Notes: generated by a model not told the origin, from the sequence alone. A stretch of 64,000 nt of DNA from an uncultured Chloroflexia bacterium (GCA_963828165.1 CAWHDR010000001.1:2432001-2496000); one strand, 5' to 3'; shown: positions 47,089 through 57,714, counted from the stretch's first letter. Numbers and translations: made by a program.

Positions 47089-47963
47089 GCGCGTCCTCCA
47101 GCGACTCGACTGGACGGTCGTCCGCCGGCTGGACGGCCTGCTCCAGGGCGACTACCGGAGCCTGTTCCGGGGCAACGGCGTCGATTTCGCCGACCTGCGC
47201 GAGTACGAGTACGGCGACGACATCCGCCACATCGACTGGAACGTCACGGCGCGGATGGACACGCCGTACGTCCGCGAGTTCCTCGAGGATCGCGAGATCA
47301 CGGCCTGGTTCCTGCTGGACCTGAGCCCGTCGGTGGACTTCGGGTCCGGGGAGGCGGAGCGGCTGAAGCGGAGCGTGCTGGTGGACGCCGTCACGACGCT
47401 GGCCCGGGTGCTGACGCGGCACGGGAACAAGGTGGGCGCGGTCTTCTACGGGTCGCAGGTCGAGCGGACGATCCCGGCGCGGGGTGGGCGGGTCCAGGTG
47501 CTGCGGCTCATCAACGACCTGCAGGCGCATCCGCGGCACGCGTCCGCGCCGTTCACGGATCTGGGGGTCTTGCTCGACGCCGGCCGGCGCTGGATCAAGG
47601 GTCGATCGCTGGTGTTCGTGATCTCGGACTTCATCAGCGCCCCGGGCTGGGAGCGGGCGCTCCAGGGGCTGACGCGGAAGCACGAGGTCATCGCGATCCG
47701 GCTGTACGACCGGCGGGAGCGCGAGCTGCCCGACGTCGGGCCGATGCTCATGGACGACGCCGAGACCGGCGAGCAGCTCTACATCGACACGCACGACCCG
47801 AAGTTCCGGCGGCGGTTCGAGGCGGCCCGCGACGCGCGCGAGGCGGAGCTTGCGGCCGCGTTCCGGCGCGCCGGGGTGGATGCGTTCGCGCTCGCGACCG
47901 ATGACGACCTGGTCGGGCGCCATCGTCCGGATGGCCGCGCGCCGTCGGCGGTCGAAGCGGTAG
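47063..47963 (+). CDS. DUF58 protein
   Basis: DFADLREYEYGDDIRHIDWNVTAR, LDLSPS, ISDF; follows MoxR. Confidence 0.9.
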
Positions 47964-47966
47964 CCC

Positions 47967-48984
47967 GTGTCGTTCATCTGGCCACCGCTCCTGCTGCTCC
48001 TCCTCGCGGTCCCGGTCGGCGTGCTGCTGTACACGTCGCGGGAGCGGCGGCGGGCGGAGCGGGTGGCGCGGTTCGGCTGGGGCGGGGCAGGGGAGGCGTC
48101 GGCGTCCGCCCCGCGACCCCGACCGTGGACCCGCCGCATCCCGGCGGCCCTCACCGTCGCTCGGCATCACGATCCTGGTCTTCTCGCTCGCCAGGCCGCA
48201 GAGCGTCATCGGCGTGCCGCGTCTCGAAGGGACGGTCATCCTCGCGTTCGACGTCTCGGGCAGCATGGCGGCCACGGACGTCGCCCCGACCCGGATGGAG
48301 GCCGCCAAGACAGCGGCGCTCGCGTTCATCGAGGGTCAGCCGAGCTCGGTCCGCATCGGGACGGTGGTCTTCAGCGACACGGGCTTCTCGACGCAGACCC
48401 CGACCGCGGACCGCGCCGAGCTCGTGGCCGCGATCGAGCGCCTCGGCCCGGAGCGCGGCACGTCCCTGGGCCGCGGCATCCTGGCGGCCCTCCAGGTCAT
48501 CGAGAAGGACCTCGATCCGTCGAAGACCGACTACTACCAGAACGCCTCCGCCCCGCCGCGGCCGGAACCGACCCCGGTCCCGGCCGGCGTCTACGAGCCG
48601 GCGGTGATCGTGCTGCTGACCGATGGCGAGAACACCGCCGAGCCGGGCCCGAGCGAGGCCGCGCAGGCCGCCAGGGACCGCGGCATCCGCATCCACACGG
48701 TCGGGATCGGCAGTGCGGCCGGGACCACGCTCGAGGTCGAGGGCTTCCTGGTCCACACCCAGCTCGACGAGGCGGCGCTCCAGGACATCGCGACCCTCAC
48801 CGACGGGACGTACCACGCGGCCGCTGACGGGGAGGACCTCGCGTCGATGTACGACGACATCGGCAGCCGGCTCGTGGTCCGCACCGAGCCGTTCGAGCTG
48901 ACGTCGCTCCTCGCGGCGCTCGGGTTCGCGCTGCTCCTGGTCGGTGGCGTCGCGTCGCTGCGCTGGTTCGGGCGGATGCCATGA
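47967..48984 (+). CDS. VWA domain membrane protein (BatA-like), frameshift near 48160
   Basis: N-terminal F.WP TM, DVSGSM MIDAS, LLTDGE, C-terminal TM. Confidence 0.88.
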
Positions 48985-50069
48985 CCTTCCTGTGGCCGAC
49001 CCTGCTCGTGCTCCTGGCCGTGCTGCCGATCCTCGTCGGCATCCGCATCTGGGGTCTCCGTCGTCGACGAAGCGGCGTGCGGTTCTCGAGCCTGTCGCTC
49101 GTCCGCGTCGCCGCCCCGGGGTCGTCCCGGATCCGCCGCCACCTGCCGTTCGCGCTGTTCGTGCTCGGGCTCGGGAGCCTCGTGTTCGCGATGGCCCGGC
49201 CGGCGGCGATCGTCCCGGTGGCGTCCAGCCGGACGACCGTGGTCCTCGCGATGGACGTGTCGCGGAGCATGTGCGCGACCGACATCCCGCCGAACCGGCT
49301 CGTCGCCGCGGAGGAGGCCGCGTCGTCCTTCGTCGAGAACCAGGACAGCGGCACGCAGATCGGGATCGTCGCCTTCGCCGGCTTCGCCGAGATCGTCCAG
49401 GTGCCGACGAACGACGAGGAGGTGCTGCTCGACGTCATCGCCTCGCTCGCGACGGGGCGGCGCACGGCGGTCGGCAGCGCGATCCTCGAGGCGATCGATG
49501 CCATCGCCGAGATCGACCCATCGATCGCGGCCAGCATCGACGCGTTCGACCCGGGCGCGAGTGCGCCCCCGAGCGTGCCGGAAGGGGCGTACGCGCCGGC
49601 GATCATCGTCCTGCTCACCGACGGCGCCAGCAATGCCGGTCCGGAGCCGGTCGAAGCGGCGCAGCAGGCGGCCGCTCGCGGCATCCGGGTCTTCACGATC
49701 GGGTTCGGGACGGAGGATCCGGGCGGCCGGCCGCCACGCTGCGGGGCGCAGTTCATCGGCAACGAGCCCGGTGACGACGGCTCGCAAGGGTTCGATCCTG
49801 GGTTCGGCGGTGGCGGCTTCGGTGGTGGGGGCGGCGGGCTCCGCCGGGCGATCGACGAGGAGACGTTGACGGCCGTGGCCGAGGCCACGGGTGGCGAGTA
49901 CTACCTGGCCGAGAACGCCCAGCAACTCAACGAGGTCTTCGCCGACCTCCCGACGGACCTGATCGTGGCCCACGAGGTCGTCGAGATCAGCGTCGCCTTC
50001 ACGGCCGTCGCGGTGGTGCTGATCGGCCTGGCGATCCTGCTCGGGCAGGCCTGGCGGCCGTTGCCGTAG
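48981..50069 (+). CDS. VWA domain membrane protein (BatA-like)
   Basis: N-terminal TM, DVSRSM MIDAS, LLTDGA, C-terminal TM; ATGA overlap with the previous gene. Confidence 0.9.
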   Translation: MTFLWPTLLVLLAVLPILVGIRIWGLRRRRSGVRFSSLSLVRVAAPGSSRIRRHLPFALFVLGLGSLVFAMARPAAIVPVASSRTTVVLAMDVSRSMCATDIPPNRLVAAEEAASSFVENQDSGTQIGIVAFAGFAEIVQVPTNDEEVLLDVIASLATGRRTAVGSAILEAIDAIAEIDPSIAASIDAFDPGASAPPSVPEGAYAPAIIVLLTDGASNAGPEPVEAAQQAAARGIRVFTIGFGTEDPGGRPPRCGAQFIGNEPGDDGSQGFDPGFGGGGFGGGGGGLRRAIDEETLTAVAEATGGEYYLAENAQQLNEVFADLPTDLIVAHEVVEISVAFTAVAVVLIGLAILLGQAWRPLP

Positions 50070-50120
50070 GCAGGATATGACTGGACGCCAGCGATAGGTA
50101 TCTGTATCCTCGTCCCTATC

Positions 50121-50378
50121 ATGGCAAGCAAAGTAGGCGAGCGCGGACAGATCACCATCGAGAAGGGCATTCGCGAGGAACTGTCGATCTACGCCGGCGA
50201 CGAGACCATCCAGCGCGTGGAAAACGGGCGGATCGTCATCGACGTCGTCCCTGGTCGGCATCGCCGGTCGCTCGCAGGATCGCTGCGCAACAAGGTGGGC
50301 CGGATGCCCACGGATGAATCGTGGGACGCGCTGCGCGACGCGGCCTGGCGGACGCCCGACCCTGATCGGACGCCTTGA
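50121..50378 (+). CDS. AbrB/MazE-type antitoxin (VapB-like)
   Basis: SKVGERGQITI..IREEL.I swapped-hairpin pattern; overlaps the PIN gene. Confidence 0.8.
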   Translation: MASKVGERGQITIEKGIREELSIYAGDETIQRVENGRIVIDVVPGRHRRSLAGSLRNKVGRMPTDESWDALRDAAWRTPDPDRTP

Positions 50379-50773
50379 TCGGGCTCGATACCTCTGTCGT
50401 CGTTCGCTACCTCGTCGGCACGCCCGCGGCGCAGGCGAGACGTGCGGCTCGCTTGATCGACGATGACGCGAATGACTGCGGCGTCTCCGTCGTGGCTCTT
50501 GCCGAGTGCGCCCATGTGCTCCGAACCCAGTACGAGGTCGGGCAGCGCGACATCATCGACGCGCTCATCGGGTTCATCCAGCGCGCGAACGTCCGCGTCA
50601 TCGACCTCCGGACCGATCTCCTGGTCGAGGCGCTCGTGCGCGCCCGAGACCTCCCAGGTCGACCGATACCGGATGCCATGATCGTAGCCGCGAGCCTCGC
50701 CGCCGATGCGGTGCCGCTCGCCACGTTCGACCGCGGCCAGCGCCGCTACGGGATCACGATCCGCGAGCCCTGA
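50375..50773 (+). CDS. vapC: PIN domain toxin (VapC-like)
   Basis: LDTSVVVRYL, LAE, DAMI, LATFD. Confidence 0.85.
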   Translation: MIGLDTSVVVRYLVGTPAAQARRAARLIDDDANDCGVSVVALAECAHVLRTQYEVGQRDIIDALIGFIQRANVRVIDLRTDLLVEALVRARDLPGRPIPDAMIVAASLAADAVPLATFDRGQRRYGITIREP

Positions 50774-50866
50774 CAAGGAACGCGATGCGTCGGATCCTGA
50801 CACACGGTGTCATGAACCGGACGCGACAATGGCCGCCAACGCAACGCATAGGGAGGCATGCAACGC

Positions 50867-51583
50867 ATGGCGAGTGCACCGATCATCCTGGTCCCGGGGT
50901 TCTGGCTCGGAGCGTGGGCGTGGGACGAAGTCGCCCAGAGGCTTCGAGCCGACGGTCACGATGTCACGGCGCTGACGCTGCCGGGCCTCGAGTCGAAGGA
51001 CGCGGACCGGTCCTCGATCACGTTCGGAGACCACGTGGACGCGATCAAGCAGGCACTTGAGGATGCCGGGCGCCCGGCCGTCCTCACCGTCCACAGCGCG
51101 TCCGGGTTCAGCGGCTATGCCGCGAGCGACCAGGTGCCGGAGCGGATCGCGGCGATGGTCTACGTCGATACGGCGCCCGGGAAGCCGCCGCTCGACCCGC
51201 AATTCACCGACGCCGAGAAGCCGCTCGACTGGGCTTCGGTCGAGGAGGAGGAGAACCTCACCGGCTTGAGCGACGAGCAGAAGGCGACGTTCCGCGAGCG
51301 GGCCGTGCCGGTCCCCGGTGCCATGCTCCGGGAGAGCTACACGTTCACGAACGATGCCCGCCGGGATATCCCCTCGACCATCATCGCCACCGGCTACTCG
51401 GCCGCGGACTACCAGAAATACGCGAAGGAGCACCCCGACTGGGCGTTCCTCGCCGGCATCCCGGAGCTGCGAAACGTCAGCTGGGTCGACCTGCCGACCA
51501 GCCACTGGCCGATGTGGTCGAAACCGAACGAGCTCGCGAAGATCATCGGCGACGTCGCGACGGCCGCCGGCGACGCCCGGTGA
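50867..51583 (+). CDS. alpha/beta hydrolase
   Basis: LVPGFWLGAWAW, VHSAS nucleophile elbow, SHWPMWS. Confidence 0.85.
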   Translation: MASAPIILVPGFWLGAWAWDEVAQRLRADGHDVTALTLPGLESKDADRSSITFGDHVDAIKQALEDAGRPAVLTVHSASGFSGYAASDQVPERIAAMVYVDTAPGKPPLDPQFTDAEKPLDWASVEEEENLTGLSDEQKATFRERAVPVPGAMLRESYTFTNDARRDIPSTIIATGYSAADYQKYAKEHPDWAFLAGIPELRNVSWVDLPTSHWPMWSKPNELAKIIGDVATAAGDAR

Positions 51584-52089
51584 CGGGCAGCCTGCTCGAG
51601 GACGCCATGGCCCATCACATCTGGGCGACCGAACAGCTCATCGATGCGTGCGCCGTCCTGACGCCAGAGCAGCTCCGCACGCCGGCGCCGGGGACGTACG
51701 GCTCCATCCTTGCCACCCTCGGCCACCTCGTTTCTTCCGACCGCTGGTATCTGTCGTTCCTGCGCGAGGGAGTCACGCAATTCGACGACGAGCGGGACGT
51801 CAGCCTCGACGAGCTACGGGCCGCGATCACGGGCAACGGGACGGCCTGGATGGAGCTCCTCGCGGAGGGCCTCGACCCGGACACCGACATCCCGGAGGTG
51901 GACAACGGCACGCTGATCCACTCACCGATGGGCGTCCGCCTCGCGCAGGTGGTCCACCACGGCACCGATCACCGCAGCCAGGTCTGCACGGCCATGACCA
52001 GCCTCGGCGTCACACCCCCCGACATCGATGTCTGGGCCTACGCCCGCGCGACCGGTCGCGAAACGTCCGAGCCGGCGCCGCAGTCGTAG
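51580..52089 (+). CDS. DinB family protein
   Basis: HHIWA, SILATLGHL, HGTDHRSQV. Confidence 0.85.
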   Translation: MTGSLLEDAMAHHIWATEQLIDACAVLTPEQLRTPAPGTYGSILATLGHLVSSDRWYLSFLREGVTQFDDERDVSLDELRAAITGNGTAWMELLAEGLDPDTDIPEVDNGTLIHSPMGVRLAQVVHHGTDHRSQVCTAMTSLGVTPPDIDVWAYARATGRETSEPAPQS

Positions 52090-52096
52090 TTAGGCT

Positions 52097-53194
52097 TCAG
52101 GGCGCCTCGCGCCAGCGAAAGGACAGGGCCGTGTCGCGGAAGGCCGGCAGCAGCTCGTCCCGCATGTCCGCCGTGGCGATCGCCTCCATGTGCACGTATC
52201 GATCCCCGTCTGGGCCGGGCACGATGACCTCGTAGACGAACAGCTCTCGGTCCGCGGCCTCGAGGGCGTCCAGCGCCGACGCCACGATCTGGAACCCCTC
52301 CAGGTCGTCGATCAACACGCCCGCCTCGAGTTGCACCTTGGGATCGAACAGCTGCTGGCCGTTGCGGTCGAGCTGTTCGCGCAGGAATGCCGCGGCATCT
52401 TCCGGTGGTGGCTCCGGACGGACGTACACGTTCATCGTCGGGATGGCTGCGTCGAGGGGATGGTGCTTGCGGCCGAGCGTGTTGTACGTCGCGCCCAGCC
52501 CCAGCATGCCCGCGAGGCGCAGCGGGGGCGCCGGCGTGACATCGAAGGCGATGGCCAGGCCCGGTTCGATCGCTCGCGCCGGGTCCAGCCGGACGGTTTC
52601 GAGCGCCGCGAGGATCGACGCGTGTGCGTCATCGTCGTCCGGTGCGTGCTGGGCGACGATGAGCGTGGACATCTCGTTCGACCCCACGCTCAGCAGGACG
52701 GTGGCGACCTTCGTCTTGTCCGCAAGGGTCTGCACGCCCTGGACCAGGATCCGGAATCGCCCATCCAGGATCGATTGCGCGCGGTCCTCGACGACAAAGC
52801 CCTGCTGGGCGTACGCGGCGTCCGTCCGGTCGAACGGCCCGCCGGGTAGCTCCTGGATGCTGATGACGGCGTCGCTCGCCGGATCGCGGAACCCGGCTCC
52901 TTCCGTGGCGCTCGGCTCGAAACCGGCCGGCGGAACGATCGAGACGTGTGTACCGGGCACCCAGACCGCCCCCGGTACCGGGCTGGCGCCGGCGATCGCC
53001 GACGGAGCGGCCGAGACGGAGATCGATGGCGACGCGGTCGGGGAGGGGATTGCCGGCGACCGGCTGGGCACGAGTGACGGAGGCTGGGTCACATCGACCG
53101 GCGCGGGCGAAGACGCGGCGGGTGGCGATGCGCTGCAGGCACCGAAGATCACCGTTGCGAGAAGGCTGGCCAGGAGCTGCATCGCCGGGCGCAT
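52097..53194 (-). CDS. hypothetical lipoprotein
   Basis: Lipobox-like FGAC, Pro/Ser linker, then a globular domain. Confidence 0.65.
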   Translation of the reverse strand: MRPAMQLLASLLATVIFGACSASPPAASSPAPVDVTQPPSLVPSRSPAIPSPTASPSISVSAAPSAIAGASPVPGAVWVPGTHVSIVPPAGFEPSATEGAGFRDPASDAVISIQELPGGPFDRTDAAYAQQGFVVEDRAQSILDGRFRILVQGVQTLADKTKVATVLLSVGSNEMSTLIVAQHAPDDDDAHASILAALETVRLDPARAIEPGLAIAFDVTPAPPLRLAGMLGLGATYNTLGRKHHPLDAAIPTMNVYVRPEPPPEDAAAFLREQLDRNGQQLFDPKVQLEAGVLIDDLEGFQIVASALDALEAADRELFVYEVIVPGPDGDRYVHMEAIATADMRDELLPAFRDTALSFRWREAP

Positions 53195-53366
53195 CCACCG
53201 AGGGTACCGTGGCGGGGAGGGGAAGCCTCAGGCCAAGGTGCCGCAACGGGCGACGTTCGCGCTCCCGGCTCCCAACCGTGGCTACGTAGCGAAGCCCGGC
53301 GTCACCGACGCCGGGCTTCGTGTCGGGTTGGGATGGGCGCCCCGCTACGCCACGATCAGCGGAACC

Positions 53367-54197
53367 TCAGGGCGACGCCGACGGTCCGGGATCGACGGCA
53401 TCCTCGGGCTCCAGCCGCAGCGTCGCGAGGATCTCGTCGAAATACGCTTCGTCGTATCCCGCGACGGCCGCCGGGTTGTCCCCGGATGTGTACAGCAGGA
53501 TCACGTAGCCTCGACCCCCGGCCGCCACCGCAGCGGTCGAACCACAGCGCCGTCCCTGGTTGCCATCGATCGTGACGGGCTCGATCGGTGGATCGCAGAA
53601 GTCATCCGCGCCGAGCACGGCCAGCGCGTCGTCGACCCACTGTGTTGCGGTCGTCCCGTCGGTCAGGGGCTGCGAGGCGACCACGATCCAGAGGCTGGAT
53701 TCGAGGACCGGGTCATAGATGATGTCGCCGGCCGTCGAGCCGAAGTCCGGGACGCCTGTCGTCCACGGGGAGGTCGCGGGTCGTGTCACCCAGCCAGTCG
53801 GGTACGAGATCGAGAAGCCACGCGCCGACGTGAATGTCTCCGTCAAGGCCGGAGGCGACTCGGGCGAGCTGCTCGGCGACGCACTGGGCGTCGGCGAGGG
53901 CGAGGGCGAACCGGACGGGCTGGCAGTGGGCTGACCGCCCACGCCGGACGGGGTCGAAGGCCTGAGCACGCTCAAGCCCACCGCCCCGACGGCGATCACG
54001 ACCACGGCCGCGATCGCTACCTTGGCAAAGCTGTTCATGTTCGTGAACCTCCACGGCACGCTGATGAGCACGCGCCGCTGTGGTGTTGCATCGATGGTTT
54101 CGAGGGTCGATGCGAGCAGCCAGTCAGGAGCTCGCTGCGGCGCCTCGGCCGCGTATTGGTCGGCGATCCGGCGTTCCAGGCTGTGGTTGGCAGTCAT
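53367..54197 (-). CDS. single-pass membrane protein, putative anti-sigma factor
   Basis: ATGA-coupled to the ECF sigma; short N-terminal cytoplasmic part, TM helix, PS linker, extracellular domain. Confidence 0.65.
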   Translation of the reverse strand: MTANHSLERRIADQYAAEAPQRAPDWLLASTLETIDATPQRRVLISVPWRFTNMNSFAKVAIAAVVVIAVGAVGLSVLRPSTPSGVGGQPTASPSGSPSPSPTPSASPSSSPESPPALTETFTSARGFSISYPTGWVTRPATSPWTTGVPDFGSTAGDIIYDPVLESSLWIVVASQPLTDGTTATQWVDDALAVLGADDFCDPPIEPVTIDGNQGRRCGSTAAVAAGGRGYVILLYTSGDNPAAVAGYDEAYFDEILATLRLEPEDAVDPGPSASP

Positions 54198-54751
54198 GCC
54201 ATTCGGCCCTCCCGCTCGTCACCGATGGAGGACCGCTCTTCGGCGGCCATGACCGCCCGGAGCGCCTCGACGGCGTGGTGAAGCCGGGACTTGGCGGTCC
54301 CGACGGGGATCTCAAGAGCATCGGCCGCCTCGGTCGGAGTCAGGCCGACGTAGAAACTCAGGACGAGGATCGTCTGCTGCGCAGCGGTAAGCCGTCGCAA
54401 TCCGCGCTCGAGCTGGTCGCGGTCGGCGAGTGCCGACGTGCGATCCGACTCGAATGGCTCTTTGGGCATGATCGTGACCTCGGCTCGCCACCGTCGACGG
54501 TGACGGCCAACGTCGGTGCTCGCTCGGACGATCAGCCGGTACAGCCAGGCGTCAAACCGCTCGACGTCGCGAAGCGTCGGCAGATCGCGCCATGCCCGCA
54601 CCAGTGCATCTTGCGTCGCGTCCTCGGCGAGTTCGGTATCGCGGAGGATGAGACGAGCGATCGCGTACAACCGATCGACGGCGCCGGCAGCCAGCACGCC
54701 GAAGGCCTCACGGTCCCCGCGTCGCGCCCTGTCGACGAGCTCCGCCTGCAC
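54194..54751 (-). CDS. ECF-type RNA polymerase sigma factor
   Basis: AEDATQDALVRAWR, FDAWLYR (region 2); EAADALEIPVGTAKSRLH (region 4). Confidence 0.92.
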   Translation of the reverse strand: MQAELVDRARRGDREAFGVLAAGAVDRLYAIARLILRDTELAEDATQDALVRAWRDLPTLRDVERFDAWLYRLIVRASTDVGRHRRRWRAEVTIMPKEPFESDRTSALADRDQLERGLRRLTAAQQTILVLSFYVGLTPTEAADALEIPVGTAKSRLHHAVEALRAVMAAEERSSIGDEREGRMA

Positions 54752-54897
54752 GCTTCGCTCCTTTACGGTGCGACCGATCTGGTCGCCTACACGTTATGGC
54801 GGAGTGCAGTCGTCACGGGTTCATTCTTCGCTCGGCACGCCCTCCTACGCTTCGAGATCGAAGCATTCGGCAGGCCCAAGCGGTGCCCGAGGCCGCC

Positions 54898-56574
54898 TCA
54901 GGCGACGAGGCGCTTGTACCGGATCCGGTGCGGCTGGTCGGCGGCGGTGCCCAGCTCCTTGTGCCGGAACGCCTCGTAGTCGGAGACGTTGCCCTCGAAC
55001 CAGCGGACCTGACTGTCGCCCTCGAAGGCGAGGATGTGGGTCGCGATCCGGTCCAGGAACCAGCGATCGTGGCTGATGACGACGACGCAGCCCGGGAAAG
55101 ACTCCAAGCCGGCCTCAAGGGCGCGGAGCGTGTCCACATCCAGGTCGTTTGTGGGTTCGTCGAGCAGCAGGGTGTTCCCGCCGGACTGGAGCAGCTTCGC
55201 CAGGTGAACCCGGTTCCGCTCGCCACCGGACAGCTGGCCGACCAGCTTCTGCTGATCCGTGCCGCGGAAGTTGAACGACGACACGTACGCCCGAGCCGGG
55301 AGCTCGCGCTTGCCCACGGTGATGATCTCCGCGCCCTGGGTGATCTCCTGGAAGACCGTCTTGTCGGCGTCGAGGTCGTCGCGGCTCTGGTCCACGTAAC
55401 TCAGCTGGACGGTGTCGCCGATCGTGATCGTTCCGGCGTCGGGCGCCTCCTGGCCGACGAGCATCCGGAACAGGGTCGTCTTGCCGGCGCCGTTGGGCCC
55501 GATGATCCCCACGATGCCGGCCCGCGGCAGCGAGAACGTCAGGTCCTCGATGAGCAGCCGGTCGCCGTAGCCCTTGCGCAGGTCCTTGACCTCGATGACC
55601 TGGTCGCCGAGTCGCGGCCCGGGCGGGATCGCGATCTCGAGCTCGCGGGTCGTGTCCTTGGCGTCGTTCGCCTCGGCGAGCAGCCGCTCGTAGGCCGAGA
55701 GTCGGGCCTTGCCCTTCGCCTGGCGGGCCTTGGCGCCCATCCGCACCCATTCGAGCTCGCGCGCGAGCGTGCGCTGCCGCGCGTCGGCCGTCTTGTTCTC
55801 GCGGGCCAGGCGCTCGAGCTTCTGCTCCAGCCAGCTCGAGTAGTTGCCGCTGAACGGGATCCCGCGGCCGCGATCGAGCTCGAGGATCCACTTGGCGACG
55901 TTGTCGAGGAAGTAGCGGTCGTGGGTGATCGCGACGACCGTGCCCGCGTACTCGTCGAGGAAGCGCTCGAGCCATTCGACCGACTCGGCATCGAGGTGGT
56001 TCGTCGGCTCGTCGAGCAGGAGCAGGTCGGGGTGCTGGAGCAGGAGCCGCGCGAGCGCCACGCGACGCTTTTCGCCACCGGACAGGGTCGTAACATCGGC
56101 GTCGTCGGGCGGGCAGCGCAGCGCGTCCATCGCGATGTCGACGTTGCGCTCGACGTTCCAGGCGTCGGCGGCGTTGATCTTGTCCTCGAGCGCGCTCTGC
56201 TCCTTGCCGATCGCGTCGTAGTCGGCGTCCGGGTCGGACCACTTCGCCATGACGGCGTTGTACTGATCGATGAGGCCCTGGACCTCGCCGACGCCATCGA
56301 GCACGTTGCCCTTGACGTCCTTGGTCGGGTCGAGCTGGGGCTCCTGGCTCAGGTAGCCCACGGTGAAGCCGGGCGTGAGGCGAGCCTCGCCCGTGAACCC
56401 GTCATCGAGCCCGGCCATGATCCGCAGCAGGCTCGATTTGCCGGCGCCATTCGGCCCGATGACGCCGATCTTGGCGCCCGGGTAGAACGAGATCGAGATG
56501 TCCTCGAGCACGGTTCGGTCCGGCGGGTAGTGCCGGGCGAGCTTGTACGCGGTGTAGATGAATTCGGCTGGCAT
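54898..56574 (-). CDS. ettA: energy-dependent translational throttle protein EttA (ABC-F)
   Basis: ISFYPGAKIGVIGPNGAGKS, LSGGEKRRVAL, ELEWVR, LSGGERNRVHLA, HRIRYKRL; 558 aa. Confidence 0.95.
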   Translation of the reverse strand: MPAEFIYTAYKLARHYPPDRTVLEDISISFYPGAKIGVIGPNGAGKSSLLRIMAGLDDGFTGEARLTPGFTVGYLSQEPQLDPTKDVKGNVLDGVGEVQGLIDQYNAVMAKWSDPDADYDAIGKEQSALEDKINAADAWNVERNVDIAMDALRCPPDDADVTTLSGGEKRRVALARLLLQHPDLLLLDEPTNHLDAESVEWLERFLDEYAGTVVAITHDRYFLDNVAKWILELDRGRGIPFSGNYSSWLEQKLERLARENKTADARQRTLARELEWVRMGAKARQAKGKARLSAYERLLAEANDAKDTTRELEIAIPPGPRLGDQVIEVKDLRKGYGDRLLIEDLTFSLPRAGIVGIIGPNGAGKTTLFRMLVGQEAPDAGTITIGDTVQLSYVDQSRDDLDADKTVFQEITQGAEIITVGKRELPARAYVSSFNFRGTDQQKLVGQLSGGERNRVHLAKLLQSGGNTLLLDEPTNDLDVDTLRALEAGLESFPGCVVVISHDRWFLDRIATHILAFEGDSQVRWFEGNVSDYEAFRHKELGTAADQPHRIRYKRLVA

Positions 56575-56601
56575 GGTCGGTAAGGGTAGCGGTGGCGGCC
56601 G

Positions 56602-57714
56602 TTACCCGGCGTCGACCGGCGTCCCGCGTCGAAGCCGTTCCATGACTTCCGGGGTGCGGAGTGGTAACGGATCGAGGCGAGGCCCGGACAGATACCTTCG
56701 CCCACGATTCTCACCTTCTCTCCGCAGCCAGCCGGCGGCGACGGCTGCTGCAAGCATCGCTCGGACCCGGGGCGTCGACAACTCGAGGGGCCCGGCGAGG
56801 CTCGTGGTCCTGACTGGCGCGATCCTGGACGCGAGCAGGATCGGAGCCCACGTGAGTGGCTCGCCCGCTCGATCGAGCTCCATCATCAGGAGGCCGATGT
56901 CCTGTTCGATCGCGGCATCGATCCGTGTGCGGAGGGCCAGTCGATCGACAGAGATGCCGGCGAAGTATTCGAGCCAGACCGTGGCCGAATGGCGGTCAGG
57001 TTGGTAGGCCGGCCCGTGCGTTTCCTGGAGGGCGGCGATGTACGAAGCAGGATCGGCACGGATCACACTTTCGATATTCACGAGTTCGGGTGCGGCGATC
57101 CCGCGACGCATCAAGATGAGCGAGCCCACGACGCGAGAAGTGCGGCCGTTGCCGTTGAGCCATGGATGGATGGAAACCACATTGAGGTGTGCCAATCCGG
57201 CACGAACCAAGGTGTGGTCGCCATCTTCGTTGCGGAGCCATTCGACAAGCTCGGACATCAGATTCGGCACGACAAGGTGGTCGGGAGGCGCATAGACGCC
57301 ACCGACGGTCACAGGTTCGCGACGGTACTCACCACGTTCGTCGTCTTCGAGCCCGGCCAGGATCTCCGCGTTCAGGCGCCGAAGCAGCTCCTGCGACCAC
57401 TCGAAGTCGCCGCGGAGGGCAGCCCTGTTCGCGATATCGAGCGCCGCGTTGTAGTTCTGAACATCGCGGATATCGGCCGGATCAGCGCGGATCGAGCCCC
57501 CGGCCAGGACATTCTCGACCTGCTCGGCGGATAGGGGATTGCCTTCGATCCCGGTGCTCCCGGCGACGGTGGCGCTTCGTGCGGATGGCCAAACCGCAAG
57601 GTTCGTCCACCGGTGGAGGGCGGGCGGGCCTTCGGCGGCGATCGACTCATCCCAGGTTCGGAGCAAGGCATCGAGCGCAGCTGTGCGCCGGTAGGTGACA
57701 TGAAGTTCAGACAT
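56602..57714 (-). CDS. Fic family protein with C-terminal HTH-like region
   Basis: STGIEGN inhibitory motif; IHPWLNGNGRTSR Fic motif. Confidence 0.85.
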   Translation of the reverse strand: MSELHVTYRRTAALDALLRTWDESIAAEGPPALHRWTNLAVWPSARSATVAGSTGIEGNPLSAEQVENVLAGGSIRADPADIRDVQNYNAALDIANRAALRGDFEWSQELLRRLNAEILAGLEDDERGEYRREPVTVGGVYAPPDHLVVPNLMSELVEWLRNEDGDHTLVRAGLAHLNVVSIHPWLNGNGRTSRVVGSLILMRRGIAAPELVNIESVIRADPASYIAALQETHGPAYQPDRHSATVWLEYFAGISVDRLALRTRIDAAIEQDIGLLMMELDRAGEPLTWAPILLASRIAPVRTTSLAGPLELSTPRVRAMLAAAVAAGWLRREGENRGRRYLSGPRLDPLPLRTPEVMERLRRGTPVDAG

